Shown piece by piece: positions 35,446-44,928 of a DNA stretch of 50,940 bases. The stretch's first letter is position 1; each line of letters begins with the position of its first letter. The notes under the pieces are model-generated. The model made no database searches and was not told where the DNA came from. It worked only from the letters and a program-made list of their open reading frames with translations. Both the position numbers and the translations under genes were made by a program. This DNA is from a virus (Duplodnaviria; Caudoviricetes): the IMG/VR virus record IMGVR_UViG_3300021432_000013, positions 1-50,940 of that record; one strand, written 5' to 3'.

Positions 35446-37089
35446 TTACACTCCGATCGGACTGGATGAGTTGGCGCCAGGAGCAACACCGGCCTGACCC
35501 TGGCCGAGATTCTTGACTACGTTAGATCCAGTCTCCATATTCGCCAATTGGGTTTGCTGATCCTGCTGCTGTTGCTGTTTGGCCTTGGCTTCCTTGACGA
35601 ATGCCTCGGTATTCAGCCAGGTCGCTGGAACGCCTATACCGGTCAAGGCATCGCGCAGGGCAACCTCGGCCTTTGGCACCGCCGAGCAGGATGGGTCAAG
35701 CCCGACCGCGATAGAGATCAAACCTTGCGCCTCTTGGAACTTCTGGCCCTTCTGCTGCTCGATGGCGTCATGTAGTGGCGACTCAAAGTGGAACTCGATT
35801 TCGGCCCCGCGCAATGTCTTCGGCCAGGTCTTCGGATCGCCAAAAGCCCCATTGCGCCATAGCAGATCAAATGACAACTCGCACAAGGCAGCGTTGTATT
35901 CCATCTCCATCGGCTCGAATATCGGCAGGGCATTGCGGATATACTCCTGCACGCGCTGGCCAACCTCATAGGCTGTCATCTCTGGGCCTCGGCTAGGCAT
36001 CTGCAAGGCATCCAGAAAGAAAGCCTTGTGTAGCATGCCTTGCGCCGCAGTGTTCATCTGCACGCCGTAGTTGAAACCACGGAAGTCTTGCGCGATCGGA
36101 CGTAATGCATCGCCCATGCGCTCGTCGTATTCGTTGTCTACCCACGTGATACCACCAGCATAGATTGCGACATCTGAGCGTACCGCGTCCTGTGTAGCGA
36201 TCATCGGCGGGCTAGTGGCCTTCTCGCCTGCTTCGAGCAACGTATAGGTCATCGCCTGTATCAATCGCGCATCAGGCAACGCTGCTACTGTCGCCGGCGA
36301 GTACGAATACTGCGAGTTCGACACGGTCTGCCAGCGCGGTATCACGTAGTAGCGGCTCCATATCGGCACCGCTTCCATCAAATGATCATGGTCAACGTCG
36401 TACCAGATGGACCACTTTGGGCGCCCATTCGCATTGCCGTCGTACATATCGGCATCGACCACCATATGCATGACGTTGACCTCGACGAACGGCGTTTTCT
36501 CCAGCAACTTGGTGACTTTCTCGTGTACCTTGCCGGGGAATAGGCGCGACAATGATTGCGCGGTCGGCTTCCACTTGCGGAATACCGAGCCGATCACGCC
36601 ATCCTCGTTTTCTTGCCAGCACATATCGCGCAGATGCCAGCAACGATACAACAGGCCATTGGCCTTACTATTCATCTCGACTGAAATAGCGCACTGCCCG
36701 AAGGCGGCGAAGTCGTGATCAGCCTCCTTGGTGGCGCGCGTGAAAAGAGAGGGTGGATCATACATCGCACGCCGCTGGGTTTCCTCGAACCACTCCAGCC
36801 ACACCTTCGTATCGTTATCGAGGTTCTTACTGTACTTGATGGCCGTGTGGAACCATGGACGTGCAGTTGGTCGCAGCATGGTCGAGAACTGATTTCCCAA
36901 GTCACGCCGGCACAGCACCGGGTAGGATGTCATCAGGTTCGATGCGAAGTCATTGCCGATCGAACGCTGAATTGTGAAATCGGCACGTTCTGGATAGAAG
37001 TTATCGGCAATTTCCTGCCACAAAGAATTCAGTGGCGATTTCTTCGTGTACAGCGTTTCAGCCATTTCTCTGATCTGGCGGACATCCAT
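35446..37089 (-). CDS. Portal (head-tail connector)
   Basis: W.EIA..FYP, RPWF, AFG, PRW.....YS.SP...ALPD, MTAYEV..R..E. Confidence 0.9.
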   Translation of the reverse strand: MDVRQIREMAETLYTKKSPLNSLWQEIADNFYPERADFTIQRSIGNDFASNLMTSYPVLCRRDLGNQFSTMLRPTARPWFHTAIKYSKNLDNDTKVWLEWFEETQRRAMYDPPSLFTRATKEADHDFAAFGQCAISVEMNSKANGLLYRCWHLRDMCWQENEDGVIGSVFRKWKPTAQSLSRLFPGKVHEKVTKLLEKTPFVEVNVMHMVVDADMYDGNANGRPKWSIWYDVDHDHLMEAVPIWSRYYVIPRWQTVSNSQYSYSPATVAALPDARLIQAMTYTLLEAGEKATSPPMIATQDAVRSDVAIYAGGITWVDNEYDERMGDALRPIAQDFRGFNYGVQMNTAAQGMLHKAFFLDALQMPSRGPEMTAYEVGQRVQEYIRNALPIFEPMEMEYNAALCELSFDLLWRNGAFGDPKTWPKTLRGAEIEFHFESPLHDAIEQQKGQKFQEAQGLISIAVGLDPSCSAVPKAEVALRDALTGIGVPATWLNTEAFVKEAKAKQQQQQDQQTQLANMETGSNVVKNLGQGQAGVAPGANSSSPIGV

Positions 37090-37547
37090 TACGAGCCTAA
37101 CTTTCCGGAATCGTTATCTGTCAGGATCGTGCTTGCACGGCCACGGTTCGCAATCTGCTGAATGATGGCGCGCTGCTTGGCGGCGGCAACTGTGGCAGCA
37201 TCTGGCATTTCTGTCGGCGCTGGTACGCCTGGCGCTTTTGGCATGCTAGGGGTCATAAGTGTGCCGATGGCTTTACTCACGATCGCCGATCCAATGGCCG
37301 TCGCAGCCTGCCCAGCTAGACTAGTCCCCGCTACAGCCGTCCCGGCCGCTGCCGCAGTTCCAGTGCCAGCCGCCACACCAGCAGTCTCAGCAGCACCAGC
37401 GGCGCCCGCCCCTGCAATAGCATCAGCAGCACCTAATCCGGCCGCCGCAGCGCCGCCGGCTTCAGCTGCTCCAGCTCCTGCCGCTGCCTCACCCGCTCCT
37501 TTTGCGCCTTCTGCCGCGGCTGCCTCACCTACTCCAAAGTCTGCCAT
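37089..37547 (-). CDS. Ala/Gly-rich virion protein upstream of the portal
   Basis: Low-complexity N-terminus; RGRASTILT...KLG C-terminal motif typical of podovirus pre-portal genes. Confidence 0.7.
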   Translation of the reverse strand: MADFGVGEAAAAEGAKGAGEAAAGAGAAEAGGAAAAGLGAADAIAGAGAAGAAETAGVAAGTGTAAAAGTAVAGTSLAGQAATAIGSAIVSKAIGTLMTPSMPKAPGVPAPTEMPDAATVAAAKQRAIIQQIANRGRASTILTDNDSGKLGS

Positions 37548-37548
37548 A

Positions 37549-38034
37549 TCAAATATCCTTCACAGTGTTAAAACCAATCACGCGAAAGCCGCAATGCTGG
37601 TATAGCTTGGTCGTTGCTGCAATATTGATCTCTGTTGATTGCCCGACCATTACCTTGCGGGCGCCTTGTTCCTTGGCCCAGCGCTCGAAGTCGAGCAGTA
37701 ACATAACTGCCGCGGCTGATCCTCGTTTGTTCCCCATCACCCACCAGCCCATGTCATGCGCCAACAGCTCATCACAGAAGAATGCTCGCCGCACATTGCC
37801 AAAGAAACCGCCGAATACGACACCATCACGCACGGCCAGCCTGAAATAACGGTCAATCACCGTAGTGCCACAACAGGCCAATTGTCGGATCAGCTTATCT
37901 TCGTCAAACGGAAGATCGTGATAGATCGAATCACGGTGCATCTCACGGCCGATCACAATTGCTTGCTCGCGGTATTGATCGGCATAGGGAACAATCTGGA
38001 TTGATTGCCTAGCCTGTAAGCGTGCAATGTCCAT
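37549..38034 (-). CDS. GNAT-family acetyltransferase
   Basis: WWV...KRGS.AA..LL..FERWAKEQGA...KLYQHCGF. Confidence 0.8.
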   Translation of the reverse strand: MDIARLQARQSIQIVPYADQYREQAIVIGREMHRDSIYHDLPFDEDKLIRQLACCGTTVIDRYFRLAVRDGVVFGGFFGNVRRAFFCDELLAHDMGWWVMGNKRGSAAAVMLLLDFERWAKEQGARKVMVGQSTEINIAATTKLYQHCGFRVIGFNTVKDI

Positions 38035-39629
38035 TATTTCCTCGCAGTCAAAGGAGTGCGGCCGCCTAGCACTACATTGCCGCGACGCCCAGGCGCGAAT
38101 TGACGTTCGCGGTTATCCATCCATTCCATAGCGTCGGTGATCTCGCGCGGCCCTTCATGCCAGGACATAACGACAGCGTCGCCGGCATCTGTTGAGCGCC
38201 CGAGCCGTGCGCATACTTTATCTTTCGGTTCAGCCTTGATGCCGTTCGGTGTGATCTCGAACGTCGGCGCGGTCAGGTCAGCAAGTAGTTGCTGGTCAGG
38301 CGGGAGCGCAATCGGACTACCGCCTGGCTGCCCCGGATCAAGTGCCTCACGCATGCCCCAATAGGCAGCAGTACGCTTGTTCGTGAAATGCAGCTTGCCA
38401 TCACTGGAACGGCGATTGCTGGTTTCTGCGCCCTTATAGGCTTTGACTTCCACCGAATTGCCATGTAGATGTTCGTACATCGGGCCGCCATAGCCGCCGC
38501 CCATGTCGATCACGACCAAGGCATTGTTGCGGCGATACGATACGACGATGCCACCGCAGTGGGCACCAGCACGTTCCATCGGGATTTCCTTGCCGGGTAC
38601 GCGAATCAGTTCTGAGAACCAGCCATCGTAGCGACGCGCCAAGACCATCGGATCCTCGCCGCCGCCTGAGGCATCAACGCCGATACAGCACATCGGTATA
38701 TCGTCTGGCGGTTTCGGCTTCCAACGTTCTTGTGCCAGTTGTACCCATTTTGTCGGAATGATCTGATTCGGCAAATCCTTGAAACTCGTTTTGAAGCCGC
38801 CCATGAGCAGGGATCGGTAAGGCTCTGGCATGGCGTCCAGTTGGCGTTCGTAGTCGCTGGCAGCGTAGTATGGATTGTCGGATACCTTGGCCGGGATATA
38901 GGTGCGCGAAGTTGGCTTCATCATCTTGCCGTTGACTTCACGCGGCTCTGGGCCATCGACCCACTCATCCTTACCATCGGCGTCGGAGATCACCCAGCGC
39001 AATTCTCCTGGCTTGGCTGGGTTTGGGTAGCGCGGGTCTAGCCATGGGGCGAACATCTGATTGACCCATAGCCCTTCTGCGCTCAACGGTGGATTGGTGG
39101 CCAGCACTGTGCGAACCCGCTGGCCTGGGGTTTCTGTTCGGTTCCACCCCATGAGAAAACGTATCTGTGACTCGGCGAAATGGGTGGCTTCGTCAATCGC
39201 CAATAGGTCGCGGCCTTTACCCATCTGCCCCTGCTCATCGCCAACTCGGTGAGCGGCACCGAAGTTGATCATCTGAGTGTCAGATATCTTGAGCTTAGGC
39301 GGCGGCGAGCCATTGAAGCCTGCTTTGCTGCCGTGAACCTTAAGAGCATCCTCGACGATGCGATCGAGGTCGCTGTATTGGCGCCGCATGATTAGAGTGC
39401 GCTCATGCTCATTGAATGCGAGGCCGATCAATAGTTGCGACTTGCCACCGCCTGGCTCGCCGCCATACAGCAGCACATCAGCCTTGCTGAAGTAAGCATC
39501 CGTCTGCGGCCCAGGGTTCGGCACCCACTTGAGGGCCTTAGTCGCCTCCATCGTGTGCGAAGTCAGCTGTGCCTGATCCTTTGGCGACAGCCCAGCTACG
39601 CGCGCAATGATGGCGTCCAGGTCACTCAT
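38034..39629 (-). CDS. terL: Terminase large subunit
   Basis: PGPQ, Walker A YGGEPGGGKS, Walker B AIDEATHF, ATNPP, nuclease GVDASGGGED, RSTDAGDA. Confidence 0.92.
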   Translation of the reverse strand: MSDLDAIIARVAGLSPKDQAQLTSHTMEATKALKWVPNPGPQTDAYFSKADVLLYGGEPGGGKSQLLIGLAFNEHERTLIMRRQYSDLDRIVEDALKVHGSKAGFNGSPPPKLKISDTQMINFGAAHRVGDEQGQMGKGRDLLAIDEATHFAESQIRFLMGWNRTETPGQRVRTVLATNPPLSAEGLWVNQMFAPWLDPRYPNPAKPGELRWVISDADGKDEWVDGPEPREVNGKMMKPTSRTYIPAKVSDNPYYAASDYERQLDAMPEPYRSLLMGGFKTSFKDLPNQIIPTKWVQLAQERWKPKPPDDIPMCCIGVDASGGGEDPMVLARRYDGWFSELIRVPGKEIPMERAGAHCGGIVVSYRRNNALVVIDMGGGYGGPMYEHLHGNSVEVKAYKGAETSNRRSSDGKLHFTNKRTAAYWGMREALDPGQPGGSPIALPPDQQLLADLTAPTFEITPNGIKAEPKDKVCARLGRSTDAGDAVVMSWHEGPREITDAMEWMDNRERQFAPGRRGNVVLGGRTPLTARK

Positions 39630-40450
39630 TCAGTAGCAGCCTTCAGATATTGGCCAGACTGCATGCCATAAGGTGATGTCCATGTATCCATCGTATAGCG
39701 CTGGTTCTCGATCGCACCTTTCATGAACATCAGCCCTTGCTGGCCTTGCTGAACCTGCATATCGTGCTGCTGCTGGCGCTGCTGTAACTCGCGCAGGCGC
39801 GCAGTGGACTTGATCCACTGATGATCCCATTCGCACATGCCATATACAGGCATCGGGCGCAGGATGTCGGACTCAGGCGGAATGAAGACAGTAACGCCAC
39901 GGCGTAGCGCTTCCAGAATGAAGAACTGGCAGCCGGCGCGCTGGTATCCGTACTCTTCCGTGGCGGCCATATCGACCCCCCACATGCCAATGGTGTGTTG
40001 CTCTTTGTCTAGCTCGAGCGCAGTGCGTTGGTCATCGACCTGCTTGCATTGCAGGATAGCCAGAGCAAACATCATCGATAGCGAACTGGTCAGGAAGTAT
40101 GAACTGAACTCCGCCTCTACCTCTTTGATCGGGAATACAACATGCTGCGGCAGCTCATCAACCACGCCACCGGTGTAGACCGGCCCCTTGAACTGGCGCA
40201 TGAACTGCACATACTCAGGGCTGAACCATGGCTGACCAGGCTCCCAGCGGTGCAACTCGAACCATGCATCGCAGCGTTGCACCTGCCCATAAGCACCTGG
40301 CGAACACGCCCAGATGCGCCAATCTTCGTCAATATGCGGGGTAGGCGGCTGAATCTGCGTCTTGCCGCCCATGAATTGCTGATAACTCGCATCCTTGTAA
40401 GGGGCGAGGTGAATGGAACTTGGTGCTGAACCTATAAGCGCGATTTTCAA
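39626..40450 (-). CDS. Putative CMP-nonulosonate glycosyltransferase (GT42/GT29/Maf-like fold)
   Basis: KIALIGSAPS...WRIWACS...TSSLSMMFALAI...IGMWGVDM parallels the motif order of CstII-type enzymes (VIIAGNGPS...DVFRCN...TSGVYM..VAI...IYLSGIDF); TTG start after GAGGAG. Confidence 0.55.
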   Translation of the reverse strand: MKIALIGSAPSSIHLAPYKDASYQQFMGGKTQIQPPTPHIDEDWRIWACSPGAYGQVQRCDAWFELHRWEPGQPWFSPEYVQFMRQFKGPVYTGGVVDELPQHVVFPIKEVEAEFSSYFLTSSLSMMFALAILQCKQVDDQRTALELDKEQHTIGMWGVDMAATEEYGYQRAGCQFFILEALRRGVTVFIPPESDILRPMPVYGMCEWDHQWIKSTARLRELQQRQQQHDMQVQQGQQGLMFMKGAIENQRYTMDTWTSPYGMQSGQYLKAATE

Positions 40451-40472
40451 AACTGACCCCTCCTCGTAGCAA

Positions 40473-40952
40473 TCAGTAAGTGGAAAACGTTACGCCAGGG
40501 CTTGGCGGTGTCGCGCTCATCCAGATCGGGCCGGCTGCGGTGCTGGAACTCACACACGCAAGACTGACGCAGTGACCAACACCAGCGAACACTATCTGAT
40601 TGAATGACGAACCGGCCGATGTCACGATGTTGGCATTTGCCCCGAACTGCACGACGATGCCCAGGGTAGACGAGCTGAACTGCGTGATCTGCTTATACAC
40701 GCCAGGAACGGCTTGCAATAGCGTCATGATTGCGCTCGACGCTGCCGTACAGGTCAGTACTGAGAACCCATTCGGGACAAGTGATGTGGCTGCGGTGGTG
40801 GTGATGTTATCGATCGGCAGGCGCGTGTCTTGCTCGCCCACCTCGTAGCCATTGACGTCCATGCCGGCACGCCGACCCATCATCGATGTGACCATAGAAT
40901 TACGCAGCGTCTCGCGACTTACCTGCGCAAAGCTTGTGCTTCCTAGTGCCAT
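40473..40952 (-). CDS. Ser/Thr-rich putative virion protein
   Basis: AAGGAG RBS; beta-rich; about a quarter Ser+Thr. Confidence 0.65.
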   Translation of the reverse strand: MALGSTSFAQVSRETLRNSMVTSMMGRRAGMDVNGYEVGEQDTRLPIDNITTTAATSLVPNGFSVLTCTAASSAIMTLLQAVPGVYKQITQFSSSTLGIVVQFGANANIVTSAGSSFNQIVFAGVGHCVSLACVSSSTAAGPIWMSATPPSPGVTFSTY

Positions 40953-41027
40953 GATATTGCTCCTTCTTTATAAAGTTTCTCGCCGTAGCTGCTGCGAAGG
41001 ATGTCAGTGGCCGACTGACGGCGGTTT

Positions 41028-41633
41028 TTATCGAGGGCGCCAAGCACGGATAAAGCCGTTACAGGTCATTGTGCTGACGGTGAATACTGAGCTGGCAACC
41101 AGATACACCGTAGTGTTCGTATTCACGTTCACACGGTAGATAGGCGTCGAGAAAACTTGCGCTTGGCCTGCTGTAAAAGAGAGGGACCACGAGGTAGAAG
41201 CCCCTGTGTTGGCCGTTGCAAATGTGACCGATGTGGTACTTATACCTGTCTGCATGAGGGTCGGAACAGTCGATCCAGCTGGGATAAAGGTAGTTGTCCC
41301 CTGCACCAGCCAATCGCCGGCAGTCAGATTCCCGCTGGCGCAGTTACTGGTAGATGGGCTAGTCAAAGATGTGCCAGTGAGAGCATATGTCAACTCCTCG
41401 CCAAAGCTGCCAGCATTCGCATTATCGGCAAGCGTCGTCCCTACAATTCCGGCAGTTGATGATGGCGTTAGCGCGCCGGTCATGGTATCGCCAGCCTTAT
41501 TCACTGGCGTGTAGCCTAGAGCCTGTGTGACTGCCTGCGAATTAGGGATCTTTGGGCCTTCACTGAATGGGCGAGACTGCCCAAATGCGGCAACCGATGT
41601 GATCAGTAGTAATAATGAAATTAGCTTTCTCAT
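41028..41633 (-). CDS. Thr/Ser-rich protein with signal-peptide-like N-terminus and fiber-like motif
   Basis: MRKLISLLLLITSVAAFGQ; ALGYTPVNKAGDTMTGAL fiber repeat; C-terminal beta-sandwich-like region. Confidence 0.65.
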   Translation of the reverse strand: MRKLISLLLLITSVAAFGQSRPFSEGPKIPNSQAVTQALGYTPVNKAGDTMTGALTPSSTAGIVGTTLADNANAGSFGEELTYALTGTSLTSPSTSNCASGNLTAGDWLVQGTTTFIPAGSTVPTLMQTGISTTSVTFATANTGASTSWSLSFTAGQAQVFSTPIYRVNVNTNTTVYLVASSVFTVSTMTCNGFIRAWRPR

Positions 41634-41968
41634 CGCGCAAACCATGACATGGTGACGATGCCGCTGGACGGAGCAATCAGGGATAGACCGGTTGTAGTAA
41701 GTGTTGAGCCAATGTTACGCATCGTTGCGTTGAGTTCATTGCCACTACCATCAATCACATCGGACGACGGATAGACCGCCGCCGTGCTGCCGTATCTGAC
41801 GACGAAGTTGCAATCTGCTGAAAATGACACGAAGTTGGCGCCGGATGGTGTATCAAATGCGTGGCCACTAGATGCAGCAGCGAACACGCAATGGTTAATG
41901 TACTGTGGACGCGGCAGATTATCGGTCGGGTGCAACGTGCCAATAGGGAGAATTGTGCCGGCCATCAC
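41630..41968 (-). CDS. Small beta-rich hypothetical protein
   Basis: Coupled ORF in the late operon. Confidence 0.6.
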   Translation of the reverse strand: MMAGTILPIGTLHPTDNLPRPQYINHCVFAAASSGHAFDTPSGANFVSFSADCNFVVRYGSTAAVYPSSDVIDGSGNELNATMRNIGSTLTTTGLSLIAPSSGIVTMSWFAR

Positions 41969-42093
41969 TTACCGCCTTTCTGATAGGGAATCACAGGTGT
42001 TGTGGCTTTCTTCTTTGCCGGCGCCTTGCCCATCACGCTACTGAGTACCGGCGTCGAACCCTGATTCAATGGAACTTGCTTCTTCGTGGCCAT
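41965..42093 (-). CDS. Small basic protein (42 aa)
   Basis: MATKKQVPLNQGSTPVLSSVMGKAPAKKKATTPVIPYQKGGK; overlaps neighbours. Confidence 0.45.
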   Translation of the reverse strand: MATKKQVPLNQGSTPVLSSVMGKAPAKKKATTPVIPYQKGGK

Positions 42094-42287
42094 CATTTGC
42101 CTTTCATGTGCATGAGCGTCTGCGCAAGATTGGCGCGCTTGACGGTTTTGGGATTCTTGGACTTCTTCAACTTGCCTAGGACAGTCGATGTGATAGGCGC
42201 ATCACCTTTGATCATGCCGTCTGCCTTGGCCGTCTTGCGCAATGCACCAGGGTGCTTAATAGCACCAGCGATCCAGTTCTTCGTCAT
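42093..42287 (-). CDS. Small basic phage protein
   Basis: KNWIAGAIKHPGALRK...KRANLAQTL motif. Confidence 0.7.
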   Translation of the reverse strand: MTKNWIAGAIKHPGALRKTAKADGMIKGDAPITSTVLGKLKKSKNPKTVKRANLAQTLMHMKGK

Positions 42288-42682
42288 TTCTTGCCCCCGT
42301 AGTAGGACAGGGCTGAACCTGATACTTTCGGCGACTTCATCAGCGAACCAGCCTCCTTGTTTTCTTCTGCGGCTGAATCGTCAGGCTCTTGCCCTTCATC
42401 CATTACTTGCATCATGCACAGTTGGATACTGACGCACTTGGACTCGTCGGTGTCTTCACGATAAGCCTGCGACACGCTGGTCACGCGGCCAACAGCCATG
42501 ATGTGGAACTCATCGCCGACGCCAGGCAGATCAGTGATGCCAAGTTTCTCCAATTCGTCTTTCTCAAGCCGAATCTCCAGACCCCATGGATAGGCAGGCG
42601 GTTGCGGCGTAGCTAACTCAGTCGCCTCTTCCTTGCGCTCTTTAGGGGTGTACGACATGTCTACCATTTGCGCTGCCATCAT
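42284..42682 (-). CDS. Conserved phage protein (capsid-staple-like)
   Basis: MVDM...YPWGLEIRL....LEKLGI..LP.VG...V..VS...V.IQ. Confidence 0.6.
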   Translation of the reverse strand: MMAAQMVDMSYTPKERKEEATELATPQPPAYPWGLEIRLEKDELEKLGITDLPGVGDEFHIMAVGRVTSVSQAYREDTDESKCVSIQLCMMQVMDEGQEPDDSAAEENKEAGSLMKSPKVSGSALSYYGGKK

Positions 42683-43341
42683 GTTCCTTTGTGTATCGAT
42701 TGCGCCAGAAGGAAGGCTATCCGGCGAGCTAGGTCTTGTGGGTCTGCTACTACTGGATTACCGTTATCTGTGTCTTCATCCTTGCCATCGATGCCAAATG
42801 CTTCCCGCTCCAAGGCTACCAATGACTTCAGCGAGTCAGCCAAGCTCTTCATCGTGCCCGTGCGCGAGCTAAGCGAAATCATCTTTTGATACAACTCATT
42901 CAGCTTATCTACGCCCTTGTCATCAGGATTCAGCATCAATTCACCGAGTTGCTTGAGCAAATCCATGTTGTCCGTCTGATGCTCCAACTCGCTGAGCAGT
43001 GACATCACCAACTTACGGGATCGCTGAATATCCTTCCGTTGCTCCCGCCTAACCGTTGCCTGAAGCGTGGCATTGGCCTCAACCAGCTCTTTTTCCTGAA
43101 TCTTGGTTGCAGCTGTAACTTCGCGTGTAACCGCATCCTGTGTAACCAGAGCATCAGCCTTGGCGCGTATCTGTGCGGTCAAGTCCCGCCCTATCCCTGC
43201 TTTAGCCCAATGCTTGTCTATCGCGGCACGTGAAACGCCAAACGATTCAGACAGTTGTTGCTTACTCGTGATGCCTGCCCGCCATTCAGGCTCCATTGCA
43301 TCCCAGTCGATTACCTTCTTCTCTGCCATCTCAACGCCCAT
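42679..43341 (-). CDS. Terminase small subunit-like protein
   Basis: IDW...E.EWRAG..S...L...FGVS...I.K HTH; LEREAFGID; first late gene. Confidence 0.7.
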   Translation of the reverse strand: MGVEMAEKKVIDWDAMEPEWRAGITSKQQLSESFGVSRAAIDKHWAKAGIGRDLTAQIRAKADALVTQDAVTREVTAATKIQEKELVEANATLQATVRREQRKDIQRSRKLVMSLLSELEHQTDNMDLLKQLGELMLNPDDKGVDKLNELYQKMISLSSRTGTMKSLADSLKSLVALEREAFGIDGKDEDTDNGNPVVADPQDLARRIAFLLAQSIHKGT

Positions 43342-43376
43342 AAAAAAAGCCGCTCCTCGATTCCCGAGTGCGGCTA
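43342..43376 (-). terminator. Intrinsic terminator in the late leader
   Basis: AGCCGC...GCGGCT stem followed by a T run on the minus strand, just before the terS-like gene. Confidence 0.7.
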
Positions 43377-43439
43377 ATTCCCAACCAAGGGAGGAGACAA
43401 AGCATTGTATCTCTGTATCCTCGTTTTATTGCTGTGTAG

Positions 43440-43643
43440 CTATGTTGATATTTCAGCCAATTGATAGTGCTGCTTGTGCAGCTCCAATAGTTTCACGCCA
43501 GTCGAATAGCGAGGCTCATGCCCATACATCAGCGCTTGCACTGTACCGCGTGGAATTTCCAGTATCACCGATGCGCGGCGCGTAGAAATGCCTACCATGC
43601 GCAGGTCGAGCAGGATTTTTACCCAATTGGGACAGTCACTCAT
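43440..43643 (-). CDS. Small HTH regulator
   Basis: W..ILLDL...GIS....S..LEIPRGTV......EPRYSTG..LL.LH. Confidence 0.7.
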   Translation of the reverse strand: MSDCPNWVKILLDLRMVGISTRRASVILEIPRGTVQALMYGHEPRYSTGVKLLELHKQHYQLAEIST

Positions 43644-44644
43644 GGATATCGAAATAAATTACTAAGAAGGTCTTCCGTCAGCGGTGTACCAGCTTTCACA
43701 TTGCCCACAGCCATCCAGCCTATGACACTTTCATAATGGCTAGGGGCTATACCCAGAGCCGGCCGCGCCGTGTGCAGGTTATCAGCGGTCAGGATGTCGC
43801 CAGCTTTCATGTCCTTAGCGATGTAGAGCGAACGCCGCAATGCCGTTGACTCGGACGGCCCTGCCCCGTACTTGATCTCACCAATCGCTGCGACTGCTCG
43901 ACGGCATTCAACCACCATCTGCTTGAACTCGTGAGGCTCCATACTGAAACCGGCATCCGGGCCTCCATCTGCACGCGACAGCGTGAGGTGCTTCTCGATC
44001 ATGGTTGCGCCGAGAGCTGCTGCAGCGACGGCAACGCCGATGCCGGAAGAGTGGTCAGATAGGCCAGCATTACAGCTAAATACTCTTCCAATATCGCGCA
44101 TCGTCTTCAAATTAGCATCCGACGCATCAGCGGGATAGGCTGATGTACATTTCAACAGCGTCATATCACGTATCTGCGAAGTGGCATGCATGGCTGAATC
44201 TATTTCATCCCATGTAGCCATCCCAGTAGACATAATCATCGGCTTGCCCTTGCTGGCGACATGCCGGATCAGCGGCAGGTCGACCAGTTCAAAACTGGCA
44301 ATTTTGTACCTTGGACAGTTCAACGTTTCGAGGAAATCGACCGACTCACGGTCAAACGGGCTGCTGAAACACTCGATGCCACGCTCTGCACACCGATCAA
44401 ATATAGCTTGATGCCACCAATACGGGGTACGCGCTTCTGCATATAGATCAAACAGCTTGCGGCCGGCCCAAGGACCAGATGTCAGCGTGTAGTCGCGGTC
44501 TAAGCACATAGTATCCCGCTTCCATGTCTGGATTTTCACCGCATCGGCGCCAGCGTTCGCAGCTGCATCGACGATGGCTAATGCACGCTCTCGGCTGCCT
44601 AGATGGTTTGCACTCATCTCAGCGACGATAAAAGGTTGGTTCAT
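43640..44644 (-). CDS. pseI: Pseudaminic acid synthase (NeuB family)
   Basis: PFIVAEMSANH, GADAVKIQT, KIASFE, PMIMSTGMA, LKCTSAYP, GLSDH, IEKH.TLSR.DGGPD..FS; C-terminal SAF domain. Confidence 0.9.
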   Translation of the reverse strand: MNQPFIVAEMSANHLGSRERALAIVDAAANAGADAVKIQTWKRDTMCLDRDYTLTSGPWAGRKLFDLYAEARTPYWWHQAIFDRCAERGIECFSSPFDRESVDFLETLNCPRYKIASFELVDLPLIRHVASKGKPMIMSTGMATWDEIDSAMHATSQIRDMTLLKCTSAYPADASDANLKTMRDIGRVFSCNAGLSDHSSGIGVAVAAAALGATMIEKHLTLSRADGGPDAGFSMEPHEFKQMVVECRRAVAAIGEIKYGAGPSESTALRRSLYIAKDMKAGDILTADNLHTARPALGIAPSHYESVIGWMAVGNVKAGTPLTEDLLSNLFRYP

Positions 44645-44928
44645 AGATAGACTTCCTCATTCTTGCAATTTATTAATTTCGGGGTTCCAGTCTCTAAGCT
44701 TTCCACGATTTCGGTTCCCTCAAAAAAAACAGCACGATTACCCCAATTGCATGCCTCACAGTGTCGCGCATATGGGTCCACCATGAAATCCTTGAATGTC
44801 TCTGGGTGTAAAACTACGCGCCGCGCTATCTTCCCTTGAAATTGTTTGCGATGATCCTGTAGCGCTAGTCTGATGAAAGTCATAGCACCGCATGCAAATG
44901 TCTCATTCATGGGAATAGGTGTGCTGCA
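44641..44928 (-). CDS. Hypothetical protein (start uncertain)
   Basis: Fills the gap between the GNAT and pseI; stop overlaps the pseI ATG. Confidence 0.45.
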   Translation of the reverse strand, partial: CSTPIPMNETFACGAMTFIRLALQDHRKQFQGKIARRVVLHPETFKDFMVDPYARHCEACNWGNRAVFFEGTEIVESLETGTPKLINCKNEEVYL

